IMG/VR virus record: IMGVR_UViG_3300038379_000107
Span: 1 to 58,294 of that record
Length of the DNA stretch: 58,294 bases
Reading direction: 5' to 3' (one strand)
Origin: a virus
Lineage: Duplodnaviria > Caudoviricetes
Part shown: in pieces, positions 49,154 to 58,153 of the stretch
How positions within the stretch are numbered: the first letter of the stretch is position 1
Layout: each line of letters opens with the position of its first letter
Made by a program: the position numbers and the translations under genes
Notes under the pieces: generated by a model
Databases searched by the model: none
What the model was told of the DNA's origin: nothing
Seen by the model: the letters and a program-made list of their open reading frames with translations, nothing else

Positions 49154-50043
49154 CCACCGAACCTCTTGAGGAGTGCCATGAGTTCCGTTGTGGTTTTTGG
49201 CAACGGCCCTTCATAGCCCGTCTTGCCAGTGCTGATCAGAATCCAAGGCAGCTTGTTCTCCGCGATTGCTTTCTTGATGGAGTCCCTGGCCATCGCGTCT
49301 TTCCAGATGGACGATTCACTTGCCCACTTGGAGTCCTTGGCAATGTCTTTGTCGTACAGCCTCCATTCCGGCCAGTTGTTGACCTTGGCGCACTTGGCGT
49401 TGAGGTATTGCCGCACCTCCTGAGAGTTGATCGCTGCAATTTGCGATGAAGGAAGGCCGCTATTCTCAAACGTCTCAAGCACCATCAGCACCCGAAACCC
49501 TTCCGCAGGAATCGGCGTAGGATCGGGCGTTGGATCAGGCCCGGGCGGATCAGGCGGCTTTGGCCCCTTGCCCACCGTCACATTCACTTCGCCATAGATC
49601 GAAGGTGGGGCTTCCTTGGTTACCCCGTTTTGCGCCGCTACTAGCCGCGCCGCACCTTCCTTGTTTCCAATCAGAACCGCCCATCGGAAAGTCTGCGGTG
49701 AGAAGTAGTGCGTTTTCTTGACCGTGTCCCCGGCGCGAACTCCCCGGATCATGAACGGAACGCCCGCATCGATCTCGATTCGCTCTACGATGGTTTCATC
49801 ATTCGTGATCCAAAGCAGCGGACTGGTAGACGGGCTTTCTTTCTTCGGATGCACACACTCGAACTGGTCGATCTCCAGTTTCAGCTTCACACCATCGGCT
49901 GCATTGATGATCGCCCTGGCCTTGGCTTCCTCCGCTTTGGCTTTGGCGATTTCTTCTTTGGAGTATGCCCCGCCGACTGTGATTTGCCCGTAGGCGGGAA
50001 GGGCTAGGAAGATGTAGAGCAGGAAGGATAGGACTACACGCAT
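49150..50043 (-). CDS. secreted protein with Pro linker and thioredoxin-like C-domain
   Basis: signal peptide from MRVVLSF; PKPPDPPGPDPTPDP; LPWILI...GPLP; ATGA-coupled to the protease. Confidence 0.7.
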   Translation of the reverse strand: MRVVLSFLLYIFLALPAYGQITVGGAYSKEEIAKAKAEEAKARAIINAADGVKLKLEIDQFECVHPKKESPSTSPLLWITNDETIVERIEIDAGVPFMIRGVRAGDTVKKTHYFSPQTFRWAVLIGNKEGAARLVAAQNGVTKEAPPSIYGEVNVTVGKGPKPPDPPGPDPTPDPTPIPAEGFRVLMVLETFENSGLPSSQIAAINSQEVRQYLNAKCAKVNNWPEWRLYDKDIAKDSKWASESSIWKDAMARDSIKKAIAENKLPWILISTGKTGYEGPLPKTTTELMALLKRFGG

Positions 50044-50104
50044 TAGATACTCCGTTTCCTTGATGAGATTGACAGTGTACCAGATCGGCAAATTCTTTTC
50101 CAGA

Positions 50105-50591
50105 TCATTTTACCCTGATTTTTCGCGTCTCGCCAAACCAGCCGTACATGACCCCCGTATTACGGTCGTAGATCGGCACGCCCCTGGCTTCACACCAAAC
50201 ATCCCGCCCCGCCTCTGTCACAAAGCGGAAGCGAACCACATACTGCCGCCTCTCCGCATGAGCCGCCTTGACTTCCCGCATGACGGCATCAGTATCGTCA
50301 GGGTGGAGAATCACCCGCCAGTCCAGACCAAGGAACTCTCGTTCCGTTCGTCCTGCTAGTCGGCACAAGGCAGGATTGACCAAAACGCATCGCTCGTCCG
50401 CATCAGTCTCCCAACGGGCAGTCGAGCAAAGTTGCCAGATGGCTTTGAGTTTGAGAATCTCTTTGTGGTCGTCAACGAAGGCGGGAATCGGCGGCTCTTT
50501 CCGCCATGAATCGGCCCGTCCAAAAAACAAAGACTGTAACAAAGACCATTGTCAATGCGATGGCAACGATGCGAATACTGCGTCCGTTCAA
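50105..50591 (-). CDS. membrane-anchored PAS-domain protein, +1 frameshift
   Basis: TTG start gives a TM helix; removing one base at 50483-50485 joins it to the PAS fold (VNPA...G...LHPDD...RF...G..VW...RG.P). Confidence 0.8.
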
Positions 50592-51205
50592 GGCTTGTGC
50601 TCCGGTGGAGGCACGGGAGGAGACGGAAGCTTGCTTCCAAGCCAGCCCGTGATGGCATCTCTGATCTTGTTGGACGTAATGAAGCTCATCAGTACGTCGG
50701 CCAACAGGGAGATGACCACGGCAATCAGGAGGACACGATGGTAAAGCGGTGGAGGCCAGAGTTCAATGGCGACGTAGGCACTGGTCCCCAGTCCAAGAAT
50801 GAAGGACACCATGATGAACGCACCGCGCTTGTAGTACGTCCAAGTATTGACCTCGGTAGCAAACACCTTGTCCTTGAATACCTTGGACCAGTAGCCACCC
50901 CAGGCTCCAAGGAACGAGCCACCTACCCAGACAAGCCAAAAGAACGGATCGTGCAGGTGGGCGTTGGCTAAAAGTATCTCATGATCCTCCGGGGTCAGGT
51001 CGGCATTGCGCATCAGTCGCGCCTCCCTCTCGCTGTCGTCCTTCTTTCCCGGTTCAAGCTTCTTTGGAACGTCCTGTGGTGGCGGAGGCAGTTCTGCCAC
51101 AGAAGAGAAGGAAGACGAGGCGCTGTGTCCCAGCATCGTCACCACGCCCAGCCCGGCGAAGATGAACCCAATCATGACCAGCATGGAATAGAAGGTCTGC
51201 TTCAC
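50588..51205 (-). CDS. multi-TM membrane protein, holin candidate
   Basis: about 4 hydrophobic helices; first gene of the membrane cassette. Confidence 0.6.
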   Translation of the reverse strand: MKQTFYSMLVMIGFIFAGLGVVTMLGHSASSSFSSVAELPPPPQDVPKKLEPGKKDDSEREARLMRNADLTPEDHEILLANAHLHDPFFWLVWVGGSFLGAWGGYWSKVFKDKVFATEVNTWTYYKRGAFIMVSFILGLGTSAYVAIELWPPPLYHRVLLIAVVISLLADVLMSFITSNKIRDAITGWLGSKLPSPPVPPPEHKP

Positions 51206-51207
51206 GT

Positions 51208-51627
51208 CTACCTCCCCTGAGCATAGATGTTGCAGGTCGAGGTGTTGGCCCCCGTGGCCACCGTGAACCGCCAGTAGCGGAACAGAGTGTACTGAGGCTG
51301 GTTCTTGTAGCCCAGGATGATGTGATCAGTTGCGCCAGCAGCAATCGCCAGCGGCAGGGCCACGGAAACGTCTGCCTCGTCGTAGGCATTGGCCAGGTTA
51401 AGCCAACCGCTCGATTCGCCCTTATCATTGCTGACGTACACATCCAGATTAATAGCCACCGAAGCATGCGTGTTCTTGAGTGTGATTGAAACAGAATGCA
51501 GGCCCAGCGCGCCTGAGTCGATGACGAGGATATTGGTTTCTGTGGTCGTGACCGGGAAGGCCATGACACGCGAGAACGACAGGTTTCCACGCTCCGTCAT
51601 GGATGAGTAATTGTGGTCGGCAGCCAT
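51208..51627 (-). CDS. small beta-rich virion protein
   Basis: jelly-roll-like pattern (LDVYVSND.G...W, FRYWR); follows the capsid genes. Confidence 0.55.
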   Translation of the reverse strand: MAADHNYSSMTERGNLSFSRVMAFPVTTTETNILVIDSGALGLHSVSITLKNTHASVAINLDVYVSNDKGESSGWLNLANAYDEADVSVALPLAIAAGATDHIILGYKNQPQYTLFRYWRFTVATGANTSTCNIYAQGR

Positions 51628-51645
51628 CTGAAGCTCCTATGAGAA

Positions 51646-51676
51646 CCCCTACCGCAGATTGCTCCACGGTAGGGGA
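51646..51676. other. hairpin after the capsid operon
   Basis: CCCCTACCG...CGGTAGGGG. Confidence 0.5.
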
Positions 51677-51695
51677 TAGTTTTACCGCAGATGGA

Positions 51696-52292
51696 TTACT
51701 TGTAGAGGCTGTAGACGTAGATCAGCTTGTGGATATCCCAAGCTGTTGCGTCATTGACCGTCACCTCTTCGGCGAAGCCGCAAACACCATTAGTTTGACC
51801 GAACGTCGCAGCCCCGGCAGCCACAGCTACGTCCTGGCCAAACACCTTGCCCGACCCAGCGCACACCAGGGGCTCGCCGGGAACCGTGGCCACCTGAGTA
51901 TCGGTCGAGCCGTGATACTTGGCGTAGTGAACACCCTCGATCACGATGCGGAAGATGGCATTGGCTGGAACGCCAGCGGTGTAGCCATCCTCGACAAAGC
52001 CAGCAATCTTGTCATTGGCATCGCCCAGAGCGTCGATGTTCTTACGGAAGTCGCCCGCCGTAATACCAAAGGTCACAGCCAGATTTCTGGTCAAGGTTCC
52101 ACCAGAGGTGTTCTTGACCAGTCGAATCCAGCGCGGCTTGTTGGTACGGTAGCCAGTCGTGCTGCTGATGTTACCTACGTCGTAGTAAACGTGGCCAAGC
52201 TTGTTGGTATCCAGTTCGATGCCACGAGTGGTATCGGCAAGTTCGTAGTCACCCTGAGCAAGAGGGCAGACGGCAAAGTGCGGAGTAAGCAT
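51696..52292 (-). CDS. capsid decoration/cement protein
   Basis: directly after the MCP; VKN.SG.TL, GV.....F.IV.EG and GEPL. Confidence 0.6.
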   Translation of the reverse strand: MLTPHFAVCPLAQGDYELADTTRGIELDTNKLGHVYYDVGNISSTTGYRTNKPRWIRLVKNTSGGTLTRNLAVTFGITAGDFRKNIDALGDANDKIAGFVEDGYTAGVPANAIFRIVIEGVHYAKYHGSTDTQVATVPGEPLVCAGSGKVFGQDVAVAAGAATFGQTNGVCGFAEEVTVNDATAWDIHKLIYVYSLYK

Positions 52293-52335
52293 GTGTTTGT
52301 TTCCTTTCCTTTAGAAACAAGTACAAGGGTCAGGG

Positions 52336-53568
52336 TTAGACTGTGTAGTTGCCCAGCGGATACCAGAAGCACAGCTTCCGTGGGCTGACGATGATGAACT
52401 GGCCATGACTGCGCCCGCCGAACATCACGCCGCTTCCACCAGGAATGTCTTCCTCATGAATGACCATGAGGCGATTCATGCCGGTCGGCCCCATGCTGTG
52501 GACGGTGCGATACTCGATGGCGTCCATGTTGACCCCGATCAAGAGGTCGTCGTCGCCGATGTCAATGTCGGTGGCCAGGAAGCAGCCGTTGTGAACGATG
52601 CAGGGCAGACCTGTATTCCAGGCATTCATCGAGCCCGTGGTCATAGACCCTGTGGCAGGCGTGGGAACCATTTCGGTGATTTGCCGCTGCGTCGTCTGGA
52701 ACCGCTTACGCCAGATCAGCATGTTCTTGGTGGACATGAGGATCAGTTCGAGCGGGCCCTTGGTCGCTACCGTGTTGTTCTTGGCTGCGTACTCAATACC
52801 GAAGTTAAGTTGGTCTTCACAGTAGGTTTCGTTGAACGCGGCATCGGTCGCACCCCAACCCTGGCTGGTCGTGTTGACCACCAGAGGCGACCAACAGTCA
52901 AACTTGCCTTCGCCGCTACCGGCAGGCCAGTAGTGGAAGACAGCCGAGTCCGCCGTGTTGGTGTAGGTGGTTGTTCCGTTGGCTCCGGCCCAGTTGCCGC
53001 CAATGGCTCCCAGTGTGGTGTCGTAACCAGCATAGGTTCCGTTGGGCAAGCGAACCTTGCCCTCGTAGCCCTGTCGCGGCGCACCTGCCGTGGCGGTGGC
53101 TGCCGTGTAATAACGGAAGGCCGACTTGAGGCCGAACATCGGCATTTCTTCGGTGGCCGTGGTTCCATCCTGAAACATCAGGGCGGGCCACTCTTCCGAG
53201 AACGCCTTCTCCACGGAACGCTGCATGTTGGCATAGAGGTCGATGAACCTCTCTTTGCCCATGTTCTGTTCCAGGTCGATCACATGCAACTGTTCGCCGT
53301 AGAAGTACGCGCCCCAGTTGAGTTGCGGCATGCGCAGGTTGTCAGCCGTGACAAACGTGGGAGGAGTATTGCGGCCAAAGCCCGTGGGGCGCTTGGCGTT
53401 GGCGAACAGCGGCCATTCCACGAATCGGCCACCGCTGGGGCCGGTGATGCGGCCACGGTTGGACATGAACGACAAGAGGTGTCGCTTGCGAATGGTGAGG
53501 TCGGTGGTTTGGTCGAGGCGCGCCTGCCATGTGGCAGTGTACTGCTGGATGGTGGTCGTACCAGGCAT
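52336..53568 (-). CDS. major capsid protein
   Basis: 410 aa; SGGRFVEWPL, NW..Y, N.GKE..IDL, F.DGT and FGL pattern; downstream of a scaffold-like gene. Confidence 0.8.
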   Translation of the reverse strand: MPGTTTIQQYTATWQARLDQTTDLTIRKRHLLSFMSNRGRITGPSGGRFVEWPLFANAKRPTGFGRNTPPTFVTADNLRMPQLNWGAYFYGEQLHVIDLEQNMGKERFIDLYANMQRSVEKAFSEEWPALMFQDGTTATEEMPMFGLKSAFRYYTAATATAGAPRQGYEGKVRLPNGTYAGYDTTLGAIGGNWAGANGTTTYTNTADSAVFHYWPAGSGEGKFDCWSPLVVNTTSQGWGATDAAFNETYCEDQLNFGIEYAAKNNTVATKGPLELILMSTKNMLIWRKRFQTTQRQITEMVPTPATGSMTTGSMNAWNTGLPCIVHNGCFLATDIDIGDDDLLIGVNMDAIEYRTVHSMGPTGMNRLMVIHEEDIPGGSGVMFGGRSHGQFIIVSPRKLCFWYPLGNYTV

Positions 53569-53614
53569 GGAATGGACTTCCTGTAGTCAAAAGTCCATCA
53601 GATTTTTTCAACAG

Positions 53615-54727
53615 TTATCGACCGCGAATGTGCCTTAGATAGTCCAAGCCTGATTTGCCATCTGGAATGTTTGCCAAATCTCTTTGCAATGCCGTCCTGA
53701 AATCCATCGTCGGTTGCTGGTGGCCGTTGATATTTGCCACCTGTGCAGCCCCCGTGTTTTTATGTGCCGCAAACAAGCTTGTCAAGTCGTCATGCTTGAC
53801 TTGAGCCGGTGGACTCTGTCCGCCAGCCGCCTGTTTTTGATTCGCCTGCTTGAGCGCCTGCCTGTCCTTGGCGATTCTGATCGCCATCTTGGCCAGGGCA
53901 GCCTTGCTCTGGAACTGGCCTGTTTGTTCCAATTCCTGAGCAGCGATGTTGAACTCTACACCAAGAGGCGAGAGCTTGTCAATAGCCTGTCCATCCATTC
54001 CGAACTCACGGGCAGGGCTGCCATCCGGACCCATCTCAAAGAGATCGTTGCGATACTGCGTCATGAACTGGTCGCTCTCCCACCGCTCGCGTTCCTTGGC
54101 CATGCGCTCATCAACAGCCTTCTGGATCGTCTGTTCGTGTTCGGGAAGGAACCCGCCCTGAACCACTGTGTTCTGCCTGACGGCCCGGACCTGATCGTTC
54201 CAGTTCTTATCCTGAGCCACCTGTTGGAAATACGGGTGGAGAACAGTAGGAACCCACTGCTGGGTCTGCGGGTCACGGGCGATCATCGTTTCCCACGAAG
54301 GAGGAAGCGGCTTCTCGGTGAGTTGTTGTTGCTGCGTCTGTTGGGTAGGCTGCACTTGTTGTTGCTGAACTTGCGCTTGCGACTGGTACTGCTGCGCCTG
54401 CTGGCTACGAAGGTACTGAACTGCCTTGATGCCATTGAGCATCATGTTGCTAATGATGGCGGGGTCAGACGGAATCTGATCCACAGAAACACCTACGGCT
54501 TGAGCCAGAGTATTCCTGAAAGAAGAGAATTGATCAACTTGCTGCTGCTGAACTTGCTGCTGTTGTGGCGGCTGCTGAACGACTTGCCCAGTCTGGGGAT
54601 TGATCGGAGCGTATTGAATTTGAGGCGTGGTTTGAGGAGCCTGCTGGATGGGTTGTTGAACAGGTTGCTGTTGTACTGGCTGCTGACCTTGAGGCTGCTG
54701 GAATCCACCTACCAAATCCGTTGACAT
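53615..54727 (-). CDS. capsid scaffolding protein
   Basis: Q/P-rich disordered N-terminus, helical core, immediately upstream of the MCP. Confidence 0.65.
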   Translation of the reverse strand: MSTDLVGGFQQPQGQQPVQQQPVQQPIQQAPQTTPQIQYAPINPQTGQVVQQPPQQQQVQQQQVDQFSSFRNTLAQAVGVSVDQIPSDPAIISNMMLNGIKAVQYLRSQQAQQYQSQAQVQQQQVQPTQQTQQQQLTEKPLPPSWETMIARDPQTQQWVPTVLHPYFQQVAQDKNWNDQVRAVRQNTVVQGGFLPEHEQTIQKAVDERMAKERERWESDQFMTQYRNDLFEMGPDGSPAREFGMDGQAIDKLSPLGVEFNIAAQELEQTGQFQSKAALAKMAIRIAKDRQALKQANQKQAAGGQSPPAQVKHDDLTSLFAAHKNTGAAQVANINGHQQPTMDFRTALQRDLANIPDGKSGLDYLRHIRGR

Positions 54728-54754
54728 CAAATGTCCCTTGTGCAAGAGAATCAA

Positions 54755-54785
54755 CGGTGGGAGAGCGTAAGCTCTCCCCCACCGC
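54755..54785. other. hairpin between ssb and scaffold
   Basis: GGTGGGAGAGC-GTAA-GCTCTCCCCACC. Confidence 0.55.
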
Positions 54786-54859
54786 ACTGTTGAACCCCTC
54801 TGATGTATGGGGCTAAACGCGATTCTACATCATGGAACTATGCTGTCAACAGAAGTTTG

Positions 54860-55288
54860 CTACCAGGATGCTCCCGGCAACGCTCCTTGCTCCTGACGTG
54901 CTTCGTGCCCACCATTCCCATCGCCACCATCATCCTTGCGATCCAGGAACAAAATGTTATCCACCTCGATCACGATCTTCTGCTTCTTCTCGCCAGTCGT
55001 GCGATCATCCCATCGTTCCAATTGCAGCCGTCCTTCAAGATAGCATTGCTTCCCCTTGGCCAGATACTTCTCCACCAGGTCAGCATTCTTGCCGTACCCC
55101 CCCTTGTTGAACGCCTTACAATCCAGGAAGCAAGGCTCTCCCTCCCACTTGCCCGTATCATTGTTCTTGACGCGCTTGCCCGTCACGGCAAAGCCAAAGT
55201 TGGCTACCTTGCCGCCATTCTGGAACGTCCTGATTTCAGGATCACGAGTCAGCCTGCCAATCAATTGGACCTTGTTCAAATCCGCCAT
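54860..55288 (-). CDS. ssb: single-stranded DNA-binding protein
   Basis: LNKVQLIGRLTRDPE, KYLAKG and EGRLQ..W. Confidence 0.93.
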   Translation of the reverse strand: MADLNKVQLIGRLTRDPEIRTFQNGGKVANFGFAVTGKRVKNNDTGKWEGEPCFLDCKAFNKGGYGKNADLVEKYLAKGKQCYLEGRLQLERWDDRTTGEKKQKIVIEVDNILFLDRKDDGGDGNGGHEARQEQGALPGASW

Positions 55289-55320
55289 AGCGCACTCCCT
55301 TAAAAAGGTTGGATACAAAC

Positions 55321-55386
55321 ACTTTAACAAAAACGAGACTTCGGCTCAAGATTCTTCTTGATCTTTTTTCCCAAATAGTTTACTAT
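55321..55386. promoter_or_regulatory. divergent promoter pair
   Basis: leftward TTGAGC-17-TAAAGT; rightward TTGATC(55358)-17-TACTAT(55381); strand switch point. Confidence 0.65.
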
Positions 55387-55427
55387 TTAACTCAGCCGGG
55401 ACGCTGAAGGTGCAGAGGGATGCAGTG

Positions 55428-55931
55428 ATGGACGAAGGCGCGATTATACGAATGTGGCTTGAGTCAAAAGATGTGGCACTCAAGGATGATGATCTTGTCG
55501 AATTGGGGCGTTGCGACGATGCAACCGCGTATCAGTGTCCAACTGGGAAAAAGGACCACGTTGCCTTGCGCATGTTTGAAGAACCTGAATTACCTGCAAT
55601 GATCCTCAACTGCTTTATTTGTAAAAAACAGTGGGTCATTGCCGCCACAAATTCCAGTTACGCCAGCGCCTCTATTGCAATAGAAGAAGCACGCTTTCTG
55701 CGTCGTCTCGAACTCTCATCTGAGTTCGTCAAAAAAACATACAAGGAACCATCTAAGATGACTGGCGAAGAACTGGCATCTATACACCACAGTCAAGGAA
55801 TTGACCCAGAGTCCATTTCCGCGATCCTTAGATTCTTTTTCTCAAAGGAAGTGATGAACGATTACCATTCAGCATGGGAATTGCACTGCAAGACCGGCAG
55901 TAATCGTGCCAAGCCCCACAGGGAGACTTAG
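55428..55931 (+). CDS. protein with alanyl-tRNA-synthetase-like helical fragment
   Basis: EEARFLRRLE...MTGEELASIHHSQGIDPE...YHSAWELH resembles AlaRS EEERF..TL...SGE.AF.L.DT.G.P.D...F...MEE. Confidence 0.55.
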   Translation: MDEGAIIRMWLESKDVALKDDDLVELGRCDDATAYQCPTGKKDHVALRMFEEPELPAMILNCFICKKQWVIAATNSSYASASIAIEEARFLRRLELSSEFVKKTYKEPSKMTGEELASIHHSQGIDPESISAILRFFFSKEVMNDYHSAWELHCKTGSNRAKPHRET

Positions 55932-55933
55932 CG

Positions 55934-56176
55934 ATGGAAAAGATCGAAATCACAATCGACAAAGAGGTTCTAATGCGAATGCTTTCGCAACGGACATACA
56001 GCGCAGCAATCCTGGAACGGGATTACTTGCAAGGAAGAGACGCGATGCGGGAATCATTGGAAATCAAAGATACACAGATGAGTCAGATTCATTTAGTGGT
56101 GTCCCGATGCAAAGTGGAAAACCTGCTCTTGGCGAAGAGAAGCAGGAGACGTAGCGATGGACGATTACGACTATGA
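55934..56176 (+). CDS. hypothetical protein
   Basis: GGGAG RBS; operon packing. Confidence 0.5.
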   Translation: MEKIEITIDKEVLMRMLSQRTYSAAILERDYLQGRDAMRESLEIKDTQMSQIHLVVSRCKVENLLLAKRSRRRSDGRLRL

Positions 56177-56293
56177 TGACGAGATGGTACGGGACGGTTC
56201 AGCGGTTTATGTGGCGGTCTCGGAAGAGATGAGGCCACGGGTGACACAGAGGCAGCCGAGTTTGTTTGACGTTTCACGGGATGGGGCGAGGGC

Positions 56294-56833
56294 ATGACGT
56301 TTGGATCATTGTTCTCTGGCGTGGGCGGAATGGATTTAGGACTTGAAAGGTCTGGTATGGTTTGCAAGTGGCAATGCGAGATTGATCCGTTCTGCCGCAA
56401 GGTACTGGCCAAGCACTGGCCGGGGATTCCGTGCTACGAGGATGTCAAGCAAATTGGGGCCGACGTTCCGGAGATTGACTTACTGTGTGGCGGGTTTCCG
56501 TGCCAACCACACTCCGTCGCCGGCAAACGCAAAGGAAAAGACGATGACCGCAACCTTTGGCCAGAGTGCATTCGGCTTGTTCGACTGCTTAGACCCAGTT
56601 GGTGTCTGTTTGAAAACGTCCCTGGCATCCTCACTACGATCTTTGGGGATGTCGTCAGTGATCTTCGAGGAGCGGGTTACGAAGTCAGGCCACTGGTACT
56701 GGGCGCTGAGGACGTTGGTGCGCCGCACAGAAGGAAGCGAGTGTGGATCGTGGCCTACCACCAGCCAGCCAGATTACAAAGGAGCGGTAACAGCCAGCAG
56801 GAATGTGGCAACCGGCATTTGAGCAAGGGTTGA
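56294..56833 (+). pseudogene. C5 cytosine DNA methyltransferase, C-terminally truncated
   Basis: LFSGVGG (I), GGFPCQ (IV), ENV (VI) and H.R.RVWI (VIII); motifs IX/X not seen. Confidence 0.8.
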
Positions 56834-56923
56834 GTGGATGGATTAAATTAAAGCACGTTCAAACCCGCTCCCAACTCCGCAACCTGCTCGCGGTACTGGG
56901 GATTAAGACGAAGGAGAAGGACA

Positions 56924-57298
56924 ATGGATAAGCCGACGTTGCCCAAACGATGGCAACCGCCTTTTGAAGCAGTTGATGACGGTGATGGAAGGTGCTCTGT
57001 TTACGCTAGTGACACTTATGTGTGCATTGGTGATTATGCACGGCTTCGAGATGATGAAGCTAAAGCCATCGCCTACGCCCTGAACCAGGTCTACGGCCCG
57101 AACGGACTTGAGGCTGAGAACGAGCGGCTGAAATCCGCCCTTGAATCAATTCAACTTGTCGTCAGGGCGCAAAAGGAAGATGCCCCTGAGATGGCATCTG
57201 TCAGCAGGTTGCAGTATCTGCACCAAGTTATTGATAGTGTTGGGCAAGAACTGAAAAAGCGGGTTGCGCTTTTGGAGAATCCACAGGACGAATTGTGA
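56924..57298 (+). CDS. cassette protein 1 (unique N-terminus plus shared coiled-coil C-terminus)
   Basis: AAGGAG RBS; C-terminal half encoded by both repeats. Confidence 0.7.
   Translation: MDKPTLPKRWQPPFEAVDDGDGRCSVYASDTYVCIGDYARLRDDEAKAIAYALNQVYGPNGLEAENERLKSALESIQLVVRAQKEDAPEMASVSRLQYLHQVIDSVGQELKKRVALLENPQDEL
57103..57205 (+). repeat. direct repeat A, copy 1 (at least 103 bp)
   Basis: identical to 58192-58294. Confidence 0.95.
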
Positions 57299-57331
57299 AC
57301 CAAGAACCCGAAAGGAAGGTGAGAGCGATGG
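57249..57331 (+). repeat. direct repeat B, copy 1 (83 bp)
   Basis: identical to 57669-57751; includes stop, RBS and ATG. Confidence 0.95.
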
Positions 57332-57718
57332 CCTGGGTGTTTAAGTTCGGGCAGATGGTGCGGCACATTGATACTAAACGGATCGCGTTTGTGATTGCCG
57401 ACAGTGCTCCTGCGCACGCTTATGTCACGGTTTGGCCAAGCGGCGCGCCGGAACCCGCTGAATGGCATCGTGCAAACATCGAACCCATCCCCACCGGCGA
57501 CTGGCGGGAGAGGTGGGAGGAGAAGTCGAAGCATGGATGGCTGGTTCTTTATGTAAACGAGCAGGCCGCTCTTTCCGTACAGCAAGTTGCACTTGGCATA
57601 GATGTTGTTCGCGGCCTTGGCGACCTCATCCCCCGCATCCCGCCCGCGAAAAGAGAGCGAATTGGAGCAACTGAAAAAGCGGGTTGCGCTTTTGGAGAAT
57701 CCACAGGACGAATTGTGA
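57328..57718 (+). CDS. cassette protein 2 (+1 frameshift near its end)
   Basis: removing one A at 57649-57652 gives ...PAKESELEQLKKRVALLENPQDEL*. Confidence 0.6.
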
Positions 57719-57751
57719 ACCAAGAACCCGAAAGGAAGGTGAGAGCGATGG
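57669..57751 (+). repeat. direct repeat B, copy 2
   Basis: identical to 57249-57331. Confidence 0.95.
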
Positions 57752-57984
57752 AACACCCAGCGATAAAAGACGCAAAAGATATCTGCACACGGTATCGCAA
57801 GTGTGGTGCCATCATTGTGAGTTTTGATGGGAACCTGTTTCATTGCGCCTCTTATGGCTTCACTCGTGCGTGGTGTGATGAGATGCGGAAGGTTGTTGAT
57901 CAGTTTTACAAACTCATCGAATCAGAAGTAATCGTCATAACCCCACCCACCGGGCGGGAGAGAGGAGAGGATGAAAACGTATAG
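57748..57984 (+). CDS. hypothetical protein
   Basis: starts at the ATG supplied by repeat B; ASYG.T...C motif. Confidence 0.6.
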   Translation: MEHPAIKDAKDICTRYRKCGAIIVSFDGNLFHCASYGFTRAWCDEMRKVVDQFYKLIESEVIVITPPTGRERGEDENV

Positions 57985-58153
57985 GATTTGTAATCGAAAA
58001 ATGGCAGAGAGCGTGGGTATGCAAGGCCGAGTTTCGTGCTGCCCATTGCACACAATTCACGGACATTGCTTGCGAGTCAACTGGATACGCCTCACGGTGG
58101 GCATGGCTGGCATTTTTGAAATGCTGGTGTAATCAGGCGAGAGCCGAGAAAGG

